A stretch of 50,936 nucleotides of DNA from Candidatus Eiseniibacteriota bacterium (GTDB lineage Bacteria; Arandabacterota; Arandabacteria; Arandabacterales; Arandabacteraceae). Location of the stretch: NCBI GenBank assembly GCA_043810925.1, contig JBDRNT010000007.1, forward strand, positions 1-50,936, given 5' to 3'. The notes under the pieces are model-generated. The model had not been told where the DNA came from and searched no databases. It saw only the letters and a list, made by a program, of their open reading frames with translations. Shown here piece after piece: positions 31,152 through 40,568 of this stretch. The first letter of the stretch is position 1; each line of letters opens with the position of its first letter. The position numbers and the translations under genes are program-made.

Positions 31152-32096
31152 TTAGGACTCTGGATCCGTGACAGTGATCTTGATACCGTCTCTTAGGAGA
31201 TTCTGTCCGAGTACGATGACCTCTTCACCCGGTGCAAGCCCTTCGAGAACCTCATAGTGGGTCGGACCGGCAAGCCCGAGTATCACATGTCTCTCGCGGG
31301 CAATGTCTTCCTCGGCCACGAACACCGTGGTCTCGACTCTGGTGCCTCGTCCGGGCAGTACCTCTGTAAGAGTAGCTGCCAGAGGCATAAGCACGGCGTC
31401 TTTGTGGACTTCAGTTATAGCCTGTACTCTGGCAAACATGCCCGATCTCAGCATGGAGCCGCTGTTCCTTATTCTGATTTCTGCCTTGGCCGTCCCGGTC
31501 CTGGCATCGACGACCGGACTCCTGTTCGTTATCTTTGCCTCCCGGATCTCACCGGCAAGAGCATCGAACTCGATCCGGACCGGCGTACCTTCCTTCATTA
31601 GATGATAGTCTTTCTCAAGCACCCCTATCCCCACCTTGACCGAGCTGTCGTTTATGATCGTCACAAGCGGTTCCATCTGGGTCACATAGGCGCCCGGATC
31701 GAGAAAGACATGCGATATTGTACCCTCGATCGGGGCAGTGACTTCGAAGGGCTCAAACCTCTGCCCGGTTATCTCCGGGTCTATCGTGGCCACGGTCTGG
31801 CCCTTGGCGACCCTGTCATTCTCGTCGACATCGACGGACAGGATGCGTCCGGATATCTTGGGATAGACGTTGACCTGCTCATCAGGCTCTACCGTACCGG
31901 TGTATTTCACAATCCGTTCGACCTGCCCGGTTATGACCGGCTGAACGATCACGGGTACGGCAGCCCCGTTCTCAGCGTTGTTCACAAGATCTTCCCGCGC
32001 CTGTCTGCCTCGTTCGATCGCCTGGATCCGCAAGAAATACGCCACCGCGGCGACCGCCACAACAATCACAACCACGATCAATGCCCGTTTCATCAC
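31152..32096 (-). CDS. RND periplasmic adaptor (short alpha-hairpin type)
   Basis: N-terminal TM, lipoyl halves PKISGRI and APIEGTI, and LRSGMFARV. Confidence 0.92.
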   Translation of the reverse strand: MMKRALIVVVIVVAVAAVAYFLRIQAIERGRQAREDLVNNAENGAAVPVIVQPVITGQVERIVKYTGTVEPDEQVNVYPKISGRILSVDVDENDRVAKGQTVATIDPEITGQRFEPFEVTAPIEGTISHVFLDPGAYVTQMEPLVTIINDSSVKVGIGVLEKDYHLMKEGTPVRIEFDALAGEIREAKITNRSPVVDARTGTAKAEIRIRNSGSMLRSGMFARVQAITEVHKDAVLMPLAATLTEVLPGRGTRVETTVFVAEEDIARERHVILGLAGPTHYEVLEGLAPGEEVIVLGQNLLRDGIKITVTDPES

Positions 32097-33472
32097 CGAG
32101 CTCCTGACTTGTAGTCCTCAAGAAGAATGCCCATGGCCTTCTTTGCCTTCGCTACGGCAAGGTTAAGATCATGGAGCGCCTGGATTCTATTGTTTCTGCC
32201 CCGCGTGAGAGCCAGCTGTGCATCCATCACCTCAAGATTGGTTGCATAGCCCTGGAGATACCTTTCATTGGCTATCGCAAGACCTTCGCCGGCCATCTCC
32301 ACGTTTTTCTCCTGGGACTTGAGCGTTTCGAGCGCGGCGTCGATCACAAGAGCAGCGCTTCTGACTTCGAGCTCTATCCCGTCTTCAAGACCGGCCACGG
32401 CGATATCGGTCTGTCTGAGTTGCGAGTATGATTGCGAGATCCGCGACCTGGTCCTCAAGCCATCGAAGAGCGGGAAACTCATTACGAGGTACCCGGCGTA
32501 GCTCTTCTCCATCTTGTCACTCTCAAGCGTGATTTCGTCCGCCCTTACGTCGTAGTTTGCGGTTAGCGAGAGTGTCGGGTAGCGGCCGGCCTTTGCAAGT
32601 CGTATCGACTCCTCGGCAATCGTCTTCTGGGTTTGCATCATGCCGATCTCGGGACGATGTTCGAGGGCTGTGAGCACCGCATCGGCCGGATCGATTTCGA
32701 ATGCCTTCGCTTCGAATTCGCCGACAAACTCTATGTCCGAACCGGCTTCGACACCCATCGCGTTCTTAAGGGCAAGCTCACTCAGTGCTACCGCGTTCCG
32801 TGCGCCTATCAGGGCGGGTTGTAGATTACTCACCTCTACCTCGGCGCGCATGACCTCGAAACTCGATGCCTCACCGCCGTCGTAGCGTGCACGGACCACC
32901 CGGAGGAATTCCTCGGCCGCCTCTATCGACTGCCTGGTCACCTCGACGGATTCACGCGCGAGCAGCAGCCCGTAGAAAGACTCGATGACCGCAAGCGCGG
33001 CATCGGCCTGTCTGCTCAGAAGATCGATCTCGGCGATCTCATGTGACCGCTTTGCAATCCGGTATGCCCCTGTGAGGCTACCGCCTGCATAAAGGGGCTG
33101 CGACAACATCAGCTGAAACGAGTAGTCCCGCGTGAAGTCGGCGTCGAAGTCCATCGACTGACCCGTGGTGGGATCGGGGATGCTGAACCGGGCGACTTTC
33201 TCGACGAAATTGTAGCTTCCGCTAAGGGACAGGTTGGGCAGGAACCCCGACCTGGCCTCGGCTATGCCGCCTATGGCCTCGGACACCACCTCCTCGCCTT
33301 CAAGGATGCTGAGGTTCTTATCGAGCGCCCGGGCTACGCAATCATCAAGCGTCATCGGGGCCCCGCTCAGAATACCGGGAAGGGCAAGCACCAGAAGTGC
33401 AAGGACGGATACGAGCGCATACAGTCTGCCAGCGCTCACCCGCGGAGCCCGTCCAGTCACTTTGCTGCTCAC
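32093..33472 (-). CDS. TolC-family outer-membrane efflux protein (start uncertain, 33439-33583)
   Basis: Two OEP repeats: LPNLSLSG...QPLYAGG and YPTLSL...PLFDG. Confidence 0.9.
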   Translation of the reverse strand: MSSKVTGRAPRVSAGRLYALVSVLALLVLALPGILSGAPMTLDDCVARALDKNLSILEGEEVVSEAIGGIAEARSGFLPNLSLSGSYNFVEKVARFSIPDPTTGQSMDFDADFTRDYSFQLMLSQPLYAGGSLTGAYRIAKRSHEIAEIDLLSRQADAALAVIESFYGLLLARESVEVTRQSIEAAEEFLRVVRARYDGGEASSFEVMRAEVEVSNLQPALIGARNAVALSELALKNAMGVEAGSDIEFVGEFEAKAFEIDPADAVLTALEHRPEIGMMQTQKTIAEESIRLAKAGRYPTLSLTANYDVRADEITLESDKMEKSYAGYLVMSFPLFDGLRTRSRISQSYSQLRQTDIAVAGLEDGIELEVRSAALVIDAALETLKSQEKNVEMAGEGLAIANERYLQGYATNLEVMDAQLALTRGRNNRIQALHDLNLAVAKAKKAMGILLEDYKSGAR

Positions 33473-33637
33473 TTCTCCTGCCTTGTCAGCTGCGCCTCTG
33501 GTGCGATCATACCGCCTCATAGTCCATAGAATCTTGTGCCAACAGGGGTTAGTCAGATCGACTTCTCCTTCTAATTTTGTCATTTATGCTACCCAGTGCA
33601 AGCAGAAAATGCAACTCATAAACCCGGAGCAGTATGC

Positions 33638-33666
33638 TTGACTGCGTGGCTACCGCCTTCTATAAT
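33638..33666 (+). promoter_or_regulatory. Near-consensus sigma70 promoter
   Basis: TTGACT-17-TATAAT. Confidence 0.75.
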
Positions 33667-33722
33667 CACATCTGTGAAGTAAGGTTAGGCTGGTGACCCA
33701 CTCCTCGGACAAGGAGATTGCA

Positions 33723-34652
33723 ATGACCAGAGTTAACATGCTCAAAGTAGTCGCTCTTTCCGCCCTGCTGGCTACAGCACTCATCACCGGGTGCTCGGAG
33801 AACGAATGTTCTCAACCCGACGGCTGCGTACCCGATCCGGCACTGGGTAACATCTGGCCCAATGAGGATCAAGCGACATGGACGTATGACTATGTCCACC
33901 GTTGGTGGGACTCGCCGGGATTTACCATATATGACGATATCGATAGCGTTCCGCCGGCACCGTCTCTGGACGATATCGCAGCTCTCCTTGATGCTCATCC
34001 CATAGGCGACAGCCCGCAATCGGAGGAGGGCATTTACAGGCTTAAGTTCGACGGAGATACCACGACCGGCCCGGGCGTCACCGCTCAGAATCTCACGCGA
34101 ATGCTGGTTACTGAGGACTGTTTCGATCTCCTCGCAAGTGAGCCGGCCCCGCGTGGAGCCTTTCTCGAGAGATTCTCACCGGCCCTTACCGACACCTTCG
34201 ATGTACTTCCCGACTATCCCATGTTCCTCCGCGGAGGAGCCTGGGAAAAGACGGGCGAGGCGATCGTGGCATACGGCGCGATTGATACCCTCCCCAACTG
34301 GAAGTTCCTCGAGGCAAACCTCGCGGTCGGCCATGAATTCACATTCGAGATCATCTCGGGCGGGCCTCTTCTTCACTGTCGCATTCTCCGCCGCCTGGAC
34401 TTCGAGAGCGGCATCGGGGTGCTTGAGAAGGCAATCGAGTGCCTCTATATGGTGGATTCGGGCGTACTGACATTCGCCTCAGAGTATGGTCCGATAGGCT
34501 GGACAAGGTTCTTCGACTACGGGATCGTTGTGTATGCACCGACCGTAGGGCCGGTCTATAGCTACGAACGGCTGCTTGTGCAACCCGGAGATACCCCGAG
34601 TGCCGGGGCCGCAGAGATAACCGTGAGCCTGATCGGAGCCTCCACCCCCTAA
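33723..34652 (+). CDS. Hypothetical lipoprotein
   Basis: AAGGAG RBS, lipobox ITGC and its own promoter; no family recognised. Confidence 0.8.
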   Translation: MTRVNMLKVVALSALLATALITGCSENECSQPDGCVPDPALGNIWPNEDQATWTYDYVHRWWDSPGFTIYDDIDSVPPAPSLDDIAALLDAHPIGDSPQSEEGIYRLKFDGDTTTGPGVTAQNLTRMLVTEDCFDLLASEPAPRGAFLERFSPALTDTFDVLPDYPMFLRGGAWEKTGEAIVAYGAIDTLPNWKFLEANLAVGHEFTFEIISGGPLLHCRILRRLDFESGIGVLEKAIECLYMVDSGVLTFASEYGPIGWTRFFDYGIVVYAPTVGPVYSYERLLVQPGDTPSAGAAEITVSLIGASTP

Positions 34653-34737
34653 TTTCGGTGACACCAAACTTAATTCCACATAGTTTCGGTGACACCAAAC
34701 TTAATTCCACGCAGTTTCGGGGACACCTTACTTGATT
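34650..34737 (+). repeat. Three tandem 31-bp copies of the family B repeat
   Basis: taatttcggtgacaccaaacttaattccaca / tagtttcggtgacaccaaacttaattccacg / cagtttcggggacaccttacttgatt. Confidence 0.85.
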
Positions 34738-34816
34738 ACCAGGCGGGGCTTCGGGCTCTTCCTGTAGCGCGGGTCGCCGTGTCCGACGAATCGAGACCGG
34801 GCGTAGCTGGCGTAGC

Positions 34817-34972
34817 TCAGGATAGATATCTGAAACACACGAGCGCTACGACAACGAATGCGGCAGGAATCACCAGCCAGAGCAGTTTCCTGAAAGGTGA
34901 TCGAGACCTGCGTCTGTCCTCGTTCTGGAGGAACTCATCCCACTCGTTTTGAGGTCTGCTCAGTACCGACAC
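34817..34972 (-). CDS. Small (51 aa) single-TM protein, possibly frameshifted
   Basis: GGAGGTG RBS, GTG start and hydrophobic segment LLWLVIPAAFVVVALVCF. Confidence 0.5.
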   Translation of the reverse strand: MSVLSRPQNEWDEFLQNEDRRRSRSPFRKLLWLVIPAAFVVVALVCFRYLS

Positions 34973-35099
34973 CGCTCTCACCTCCCACCTCAAGATACCA
35001 TACCCTGACCGATCTGGCAACCAAGCACTCTCCTCCCGCAACCGGGCACTCTCCCCACTGGAATCCTCTTGCGGGAGGTGCCAGTGCGTGTTAGTATCC

Positions 35100-36500
35100 A
35101 TGCACAAGGGAGCTCCATCCGCAAGGATTGCTATAGTGTCACTTCGGGCTTATCGGTTTTCCGCAAGATGGATACAGCTTACAGCAGCGGTTTTGCTCAT
35201 AGGCATCGCCGGCTCTGTCTCCGATATATCCTGGGCGACCCGGCCACCGGTCTTGCCCGTGGATCCTTATCAGGATTACGGCATACAGGTAGTCGCGGAT
35301 CGTCACTCCGGGGTCGTTCCTTTCACCGTCGCCTTCGAGGTGGTCGTAACCGGCAATGAAACCGTGGAAGCGGTACGCTGGGACTTTGACTCGGATGGCA
35401 CGGTGGATGCTCAGGGGCTCAAGACGAGTTACACCTTCTCGGACCCAACCGATTATGAGGTCACCGCCGAAGTCAGGACCTCGTTTCACGGGAGACTCTT
35501 TAGAACTGTAAGGATTTCAGGCCACACTGCTCTCATGACCATAACGTTCGATGACGGCCCGCAGTCAATCCGCGAGCATGGATTGCCGCTCCTGGCGAGT
35601 AAGGGAGTAACGGCTACAGCCTATATCGTACCGGCATGGGTCGGCATGGAGTGGTATCTTCAGTGGGAAGAAATAGCAGAGCTCCATGAGGCGGGCTGGG
35701 TTATTGGCAGCCACACCCAAACGCACCCAAGACTCACCGAGGTCGATGACGCAGACCTTCATCATGAACTGAGCCAGTCCCAGAACGAGTTACAGGGGAG
35801 GGGATTTCCGGCGAGACACCTCGCGGTGCCCCATGGCGACTATGACGCCCGCGTCCTTGCCGCGATAAGACTCTACTATGACACCAATCGAATCATCGGC
35901 GGCTTGAATCCCCTGCCGGAAGCATCCGATCCCTATCTTCTGGGCTCGCATGTGTCGCTGGACTGGATGGGGCTTGGACACTACAGCGCACAGATCGACA
36001 GTGCGGTCGCCCGCCACGGATGGTATGTAATGTGTAATCATTCAATAACCCCGGTTTGCGATGAAGATCCGTGGTGCATCTCGGTACAAATGCTCTCCGA
36101 CGTAATCGACTATGCTCGCAGTAAGCGCGTGAAGATTGTGAACATGGATGAAGCGTTTGACATGATGCATCCCGACCAATGGGCGCCCGGAGCCGGCGTA
36201 GTCGCAAACGGACAAACGGCTACCACTTCGCCCATACAGGCTCTGCGAGTAAGCCGGGGGTATCGGCAGGTGACCATAAAATACGAGGTACTCAATCCCA
36301 CCCGGTTGGGTATCAGGATTTTCGACGTCAGAGGCAGGCTTGTAAGTGCGCTTCTTGATAAGCGGCATGGATGCGGTGAACACAGTATTATCTGGAACGG
36401 TACGGATGTCTACGGCAGGCCTGTGCAAGCCGGCATTTACTTCTGCGAAGTCATAGCCGGGAATACCAGAGAGTGCAGGAAGATTCAGCTTATCCACTAG
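35100..36500 (+). CDS. Secreted PKD + NodB-type polysaccharide deacetylase + FlgD-type CTD, paralogue 1 (start uncertain)
   Basis: WDFDSDG, TFDDG, GSHTQTH and IFDVRGRLV...WNG...GIYF motifs. Confidence 0.88.
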   Translation: MHKGAPSARIAIVSLRAYRFSARWIQLTAAVLLIGIAGSVSDISWATRPPVLPVDPYQDYGIQVVADRHSGVVPFTVAFEVVVTGNETVEAVRWDFDSDGTVDAQGLKTSYTFSDPTDYEVTAEVRTSFHGRLFRTVRISGHTALMTITFDDGPQSIREHGLPLLASKGVTATAYIVPAWVGMEWYLQWEEIAELHEAGWVIGSHTQTHPRLTEVDDADLHHELSQSQNELQGRGFPARHLAVPHGDYDARVLAAIRLYYDTNRIIGGLNPLPEASDPYLLGSHVSLDWMGLGHYSAQIDSAVARHGWYVMCNHSITPVCDEDPWCISVQMLSDVIDYARSKRVKIVNMDEAFDMMHPDQWAPGAGVVANGQTATTSPIQALRVSRGYRQVTIKYEVLNPTRLGIRIFDVRGRLVSALLDKRHGCGEHSIIWNGTDVYGRPVQAGIYFCEVIAGNTRECRKIQLIH

Positions 36501-36663
36501 GCCGAATGACCTGTCAGCATATGGCGACTCCTTCTTCCAAGAGGCAGAAGGGCTCGCTCGTTTCTTACGGAGGGAATGCCGCCCTGGTGGGGGCGAGCTG
36601 CGACGGAGTTTCGTTGAAGAAAACGTCATCGTGTGTTAGTATCGACTCACTCTGGAGCTGCAA

Positions 36664-38046
36664 ATGCGACGAGTGCTTTCACACGAAGTCCCGGGTCATC
36701 AGTCTCTTACGAGACTGATACGGCTAACAGTCTCGGTCATGATCATTGGTCTGGCCGGCTCCAGCCCCGATGCCTCCTGGGCGATCCGGCCGCCTGCTTT
36801 GCCCGTTTATCCCTACCAGAATTTCGATGTACGTGTAGTCGCGGATCGTCACTTCGGAGTCGTTCCTTTCACCGTCGACTTCGAGGTGGTCGTAACCGGC
36901 CATGAAAACTTGCGCATGGTGCGCTGGGACTTTGACTCGGATGGCACGGTGGATGCTCAGGGACTCAAGACGAGTTACACCTTCTCGGATCCAACCGGTT
37001 ATGAGGTCAATGCTGAAATCAGCACTTCTTTTCACGGGAAGCTCTTCAGGACCATCATGATTACGGGCCACACTGCTCTCATGACCATAACGTTCGATGA
37101 TGGTCCGGCGTCAATCCATTACTACGGCTTGCCGCTCTTAGCGAGAAAGGGAGTGACAGCTACAGCTTATATTGTCACGGATTGGGTAGGCCGGGGTTGG
37201 TATCTTGAATGGGAAGAGATACGAGATCTCCAGGAGGCGGGCTGGGTCATAGGAAGTCACACTATGACGCACGCAAGACTTACCCAGGTCGATGAGGCGG
37301 ACCTTCATTATGAACTGAGCCAGTCCCAGAACGAGTTACAGGGGAGGGGATTTCCAGCGAGACACTTCGCAGTGCCCGAAGGCGCTTATGATGCCCGCGT
37401 CCTTGATGCGATCCGACTCTACTATGAAACCAATCGTATTGTCGACGGCCTGAATCCCCTGCCGGAAGAGTCGGATCCCTATCTTCTTGGCTCACATGTC
37501 TCGCTCTCCTGGCTGCCGTTCGAGGCGTATCGTGCACAGATAGACAGTGCAGTCGCCGAGCGCGGATGGTACATAATGTGCAATCACTCGGTAGACCTGA
37601 ATTGCTATAGCAAGCCATGGTGCATCTCAACGGAAATGCTCTCCGACGTAATCGATTATGCGCTCAGTAACGGTGTGAAGATTGTGAATATGGATGAAGC
37701 GCTTGACATGATGCGGTCCGGCCAAGAGGAATGCTCAGTTGGAGTACTCGCAGCCGGACAAACAGATACGCCGGTGCAGATACAGGGTTGGTGGTTTGAC
37801 CCTGGGAATCGGCAGGTGACTATAAGATACGAGGTACTCAACCCCACGCAGGTGGGTATGGAGGTTTACGACGTTCGAGGCAGGCTTGTAAGTGCGCTCC
37901 TTGATAAGCGGCATGGATGCGGTGAACACACAGCCGTCTGGAATGGCACGGATGCTTGCGGTAATCCTGCGGCAACCGGCATTTACTTCTTAGAAGTGAC
38001 GACCGGGAACACCAGACAGTGCATGAAGATCACGGTGATCCGCTAG
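36664..38046 (+). CDS. Secreted PKD + polysaccharide deacetylase + FlgD-type CTD, paralogue 2
   Basis: Same architecture with long near-identical stretches shared with paralogue 1. Confidence 0.88.
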   Translation: MRRVLSHEVPGHQSLTRLIRLTVSVMIIGLAGSSPDASWAIRPPALPVYPYQNFDVRVVADRHFGVVPFTVDFEVVVTGHENLRMVRWDFDSDGTVDAQGLKTSYTFSDPTGYEVNAEISTSFHGKLFRTIMITGHTALMTITFDDGPASIHYYGLPLLARKGVTATAYIVTDWVGRGWYLEWEEIRDLQEAGWVIGSHTMTHARLTQVDEADLHYELSQSQNELQGRGFPARHFAVPEGAYDARVLDAIRLYYETNRIVDGLNPLPEESDPYLLGSHVSLSWLPFEAYRAQIDSAVAERGWYIMCNHSVDLNCYSKPWCISTEMLSDVIDYALSNGVKIVNMDEALDMMRSGQEECSVGVLAAGQTDTPVQIQGWWFDPGNRQVTIRYEVLNPTQVGMEVYDVRGRLVSALLDKRHGCGEHTAVWNGTDACGNPAATGIYFLEVTTGNTRQCMKITVIR

Positions 38047-38083
38047 GCGTACCATCCGGGATGACTTCCGCGACTTCTTCTCG
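38045..38083 (+). repeat. Degenerate att-like scar R0
   Basis: aggcgtaccatccgggat matches the R4 core at 13/18; reads RRTIRDDFRDFF. Confidence 0.55.
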
Positions 38084-38995
38084 CTACCTGAACATCCTCT
38101 TGATGTTGCCCCACGTACCCGGCTCAACCTGCGACGGGCCTCCGCCTGAAATAGCAACGGCGTAGTTGATCTCCGCGTTAATGCCCGGATAGAGCGGGGT
38201 TATGACCCACTTGATCCCGTTCCACTGGTAAGGCACCGTGCGCGGTCCGACTCCGGCAGGCGGTCCGCCCAGGATCCCAATATCGTCGGAATCGGTTATG
38301 GTAAGCATCAGGTTCGCTATGTCGATGTCCCACAAGGTGATCGCATGATAACCGAATGCCGTCGACAGGTTATACGGACCAGGAGCTTCCTCGTAGGGTA
38401 TGGTCGGAGTGGTCCCATCCGATGGCTGAAACCAGCAGGTGAGCCCTACGGGCACGCACTCGGTGTCAAGCCTGGCCTTGCACCACTTGATGGGATCGAC
38501 CGGAAGCCCGGCACCGGTGAACCACGGACCTCCGAACTCAGGATTGGTCCGGATGGGCACATGGAACGGCGACCCGGCAAAACTTAAGCCCCAATCCTGC
38601 CAACCACCATCGTCGAAGGTCCTGGCACCGGGGCCGCATGCCCAGTATGGAAGACCCCAGACACTCAGGTTAGGATCAGGAGGTACGCCATTCAGCAACC
38701 AGCCCATGTACGGGTTTGCGAAACCCGAATATACCAGCAGATTGCTCGTGCTTGCCAGCCAACAGCTGAGGTCGGGCCGGACGGCATTGTGCACCGCATC
38801 TCCACCGGCGAGAAAAGGCTCACCGGGGTCGTGGCACATGTTAAGGTTTATATCGTTGTAGTGCAGGATGTAAAGCTGACCCGCTGCGGACCAGGACTGC
38901 TTGTTCTGGTCAACCGGAGGGCCTGGCTGCGCAACCAGCGTCGAGACGCAAGCCAAGACAATGGCCGCGGTGATAATCATGCTCATCATCTTCAT
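38084..38995 (-). CDS. Secreted IdeS/Mac-like (papain-fold) cysteine protease candidate with TWGxIK tail
   Basis: Signal peptide; SCWLASTSNLL, HAITLW and ITDSD motifs; ends TWGNIKRMFR. Confidence 0.7.
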   Translation of the reverse strand: MKMMSMIITAAIVLACVSTLVAQPGPPVDQNKQSWSAAGQLYILHYNDINLNMCHDPGEPFLAGGDAVHNAVRPDLSCWLASTSNLLVYSGFANPYMGWLLNGVPPDPNLSVWGLPYWACGPGARTFDDGGWQDWGLSFAGSPFHVPIRTNPEFGGPWFTGAGLPVDPIKWCKARLDTECVPVGLTCWFQPSDGTTPTIPYEEAPGPYNLSTAFGYHAITLWDIDIANLMLTITDSDDIGILGGPPAGVGPRTVPYQWNGIKWVITPLYPGINAEINYAVAISGGGPSQVEPGTWGNIKRMFR

Positions 38996-39088
38996 ATTAA
39001 CACCCCCTTTGCTCGCCTATTGTAGCAGAGATCGGCAACAATAGTCAACCACTGAAGGCCTGAAACCTCACATTTCAGAGCACTGAGA

Positions 39089-39160
39089 TGGCGGGGCCGA
39101 CCGGACGAGTCTCCTGAGAACCTCACCTCCAAGGAATGCGTTCAAACGGCCCAGCTCACA
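39089..39160 (+). repeat. att-like scar R1 (tRNA-Asp 3' end plus conserved tail)
   Basis: TGGCGGGGCCGACCGGAC matches the tRNA 3' end at 17/18; reads WRGRPDESPENLTSKECVQTAQL. Confidence 0.85.
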
Positions 39161-39216
39161 GAGGCGGCATATCCTTGGGCACCGCTTGTCCATGGAATGG
39201 GTGAACGTCAAGAGCC

Positions 39217-40344
39217 TCAGAGCCGCCGCAGCAAGATCAGAGAGAGATCATCGCTTGTGGGCTCATCACCGACAAATTTCTCCACTTGCTCAACGATCCG
39301 CCTGCCCGCTGCCTCTGCCGAAAGTCCTTCAATGTCCGGCACGAGCTCAGCCAGACGATCATCTCCGAAGAACTCCTCCTGCGCGTTGCAGGCCTCGGTC
39401 ACACCGTCCGAGTATAAAAGCAGCATCTCACCTCGCCCGAGCTGTACCGTCTGCCCGGGAAAGTCTGAATCGGGCACAACACCCAGCGGAGGCGCCACCG
39501 GCGGCAGCGTATCATGTGAACCGTGCTTGACCCTGATCGGCGGCATGTGACCGGCATTCACCAGGCGGACGGTGCCCGCTTCCGGGTCCAGGGCCATGTA
39601 CACCGCGGTGGCAAAACTCCCCGAGGGGGTATCCCGGTAGAGAATCACGTTCGTGTGGGCAATCAGAGCAGATGGCGATTCAAAATCCCCGGCCGATCCC
39701 CTCAGGGTCGCCTGAAGCTTGGCCATGAGCAGCGCCGCTCCCAAGCCCTTGCCGGAGACATCCGCCAGAACGAGGTCGAGCCGCCTCTCATCGACCTTGA
39801 GGTAATCAACCAGATCTCCCCCGACGTCATTTGCGGGCCGGCTGAAGAGCCAGATGTCCCAGCCGGGCAGCGCCGGGCTCTCGCCGGGGAGAAGCGCAAG
39901 TTGCACCGCGCGGCCCAGCTTCAGCTCGTCTCGTGCCAGGAGTTTGTCCTTGAGCTCAAGCATGAGGACAATGAGCAGGAGCAGAAAACCGGTCTTGCTC
40001 AGATCGGTATGGAAGTGGGATGAACCGGCTCGGAAGCCGACGTCGCCCAACATCAGGAACAAGAGCGAGAGCACTGCCAGGACGCGCCGTACGGGCGATA
40101 GACTGAGGATCATGCTTTTGAGAATCCACCAGAGGACGACGAACCAGCGCTTGACTCGCCACATGGCCTTCAGTCGCGCCTGTTCTTCTTCGTCGAGATA
40201 AAAGCGATAGAGGTCTCTGAGATCCTTCCTCATGCCCCGCCTGAGATCACCGTGCTTGAGATCGCCAAGCATGGTTGCGGCGATTCCGCGACGCCCTCCA
40301 GGTCTGCTTTGTTGCTCTTCTGTGTCGCCGGTTTCCATATTCAT
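39217..40344 (-). CDS. Membrane-bound PP2C/SpoIIE-family Ser/Thr phosphatase (start uncertain)
   Basis: VGGD, ADVSGKG, NAGH, YSDGVTE and DDLS motifs; N-terminal TM helices. Confidence 0.93.
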   Translation of the reverse strand: MNMETGDTEEQQSRPGGRRGIAATMLGDLKHGDLRRGMRKDLRDLYRFYLDEEEQARLKAMWRVKRWFVVLWWILKSMILSLSPVRRVLAVLSLLFLMLGDVGFRAGSSHFHTDLSKTGFLLLLIVLMLELKDKLLARDELKLGRAVQLALLPGESPALPGWDIWLFSRPANDVGGDLVDYLKVDERRLDLVLADVSGKGLGAALLMAKLQATLRGSAGDFESPSALIAHTNVILYRDTPSGSFATAVYMALDPEAGTVRLVNAGHMPPIRVKHGSHDTLPPVAPPLGVVPDSDFPGQTVQLGRGEMLLLYSDGVTEACNAQEEFFGDDRLAELVPDIEGLSAEAAGRRIVEQVEKFVGDEPTSDDLSLILLRRL

Positions 40345-40435
40345 CTGCTTACCCCGTGGGTTATCTCTCTGCTGCACATGATATTACACCTGATTTCCCT
40401 GCACAAGGAAAACAGGGGCAGGGCGGAATAGAGGA

Positions 40436-40515
40436 TAGCGGGGCCGACGGGGCGAGTTTCGCAACTTCCTCAGGTCTGAGGGGTGCCTGAAAACCGCCCG
40501 GCTCGTGGGAGCTTG
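40436..40515 (+). repeat. att-like scar R2
   Basis: TAGCGGGGCCGACGGGGC matches at 16/18; reads *RGRRGEFRNFLRSEGCLKTARLV. Confidence 0.85.
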
Positions 40516-40568
40516 CCGGTTGTGTTGGTGGCAACCACAGGATTTGGTATAATGAGTATGGGTGGAAC

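Noticed and set aside
34650-34737. Possible CRISPR array (also 12254-12323 and 44841-44911)
   Set aside because: The units are tandem with no unique spacer-length sequences, there are at most 3-4 copies, and no cas genes are present.
34811-34830. In-frame TGA as selenocysteine read-through
   Set aside because: There is no redox motif context and no recognisable SECIS.
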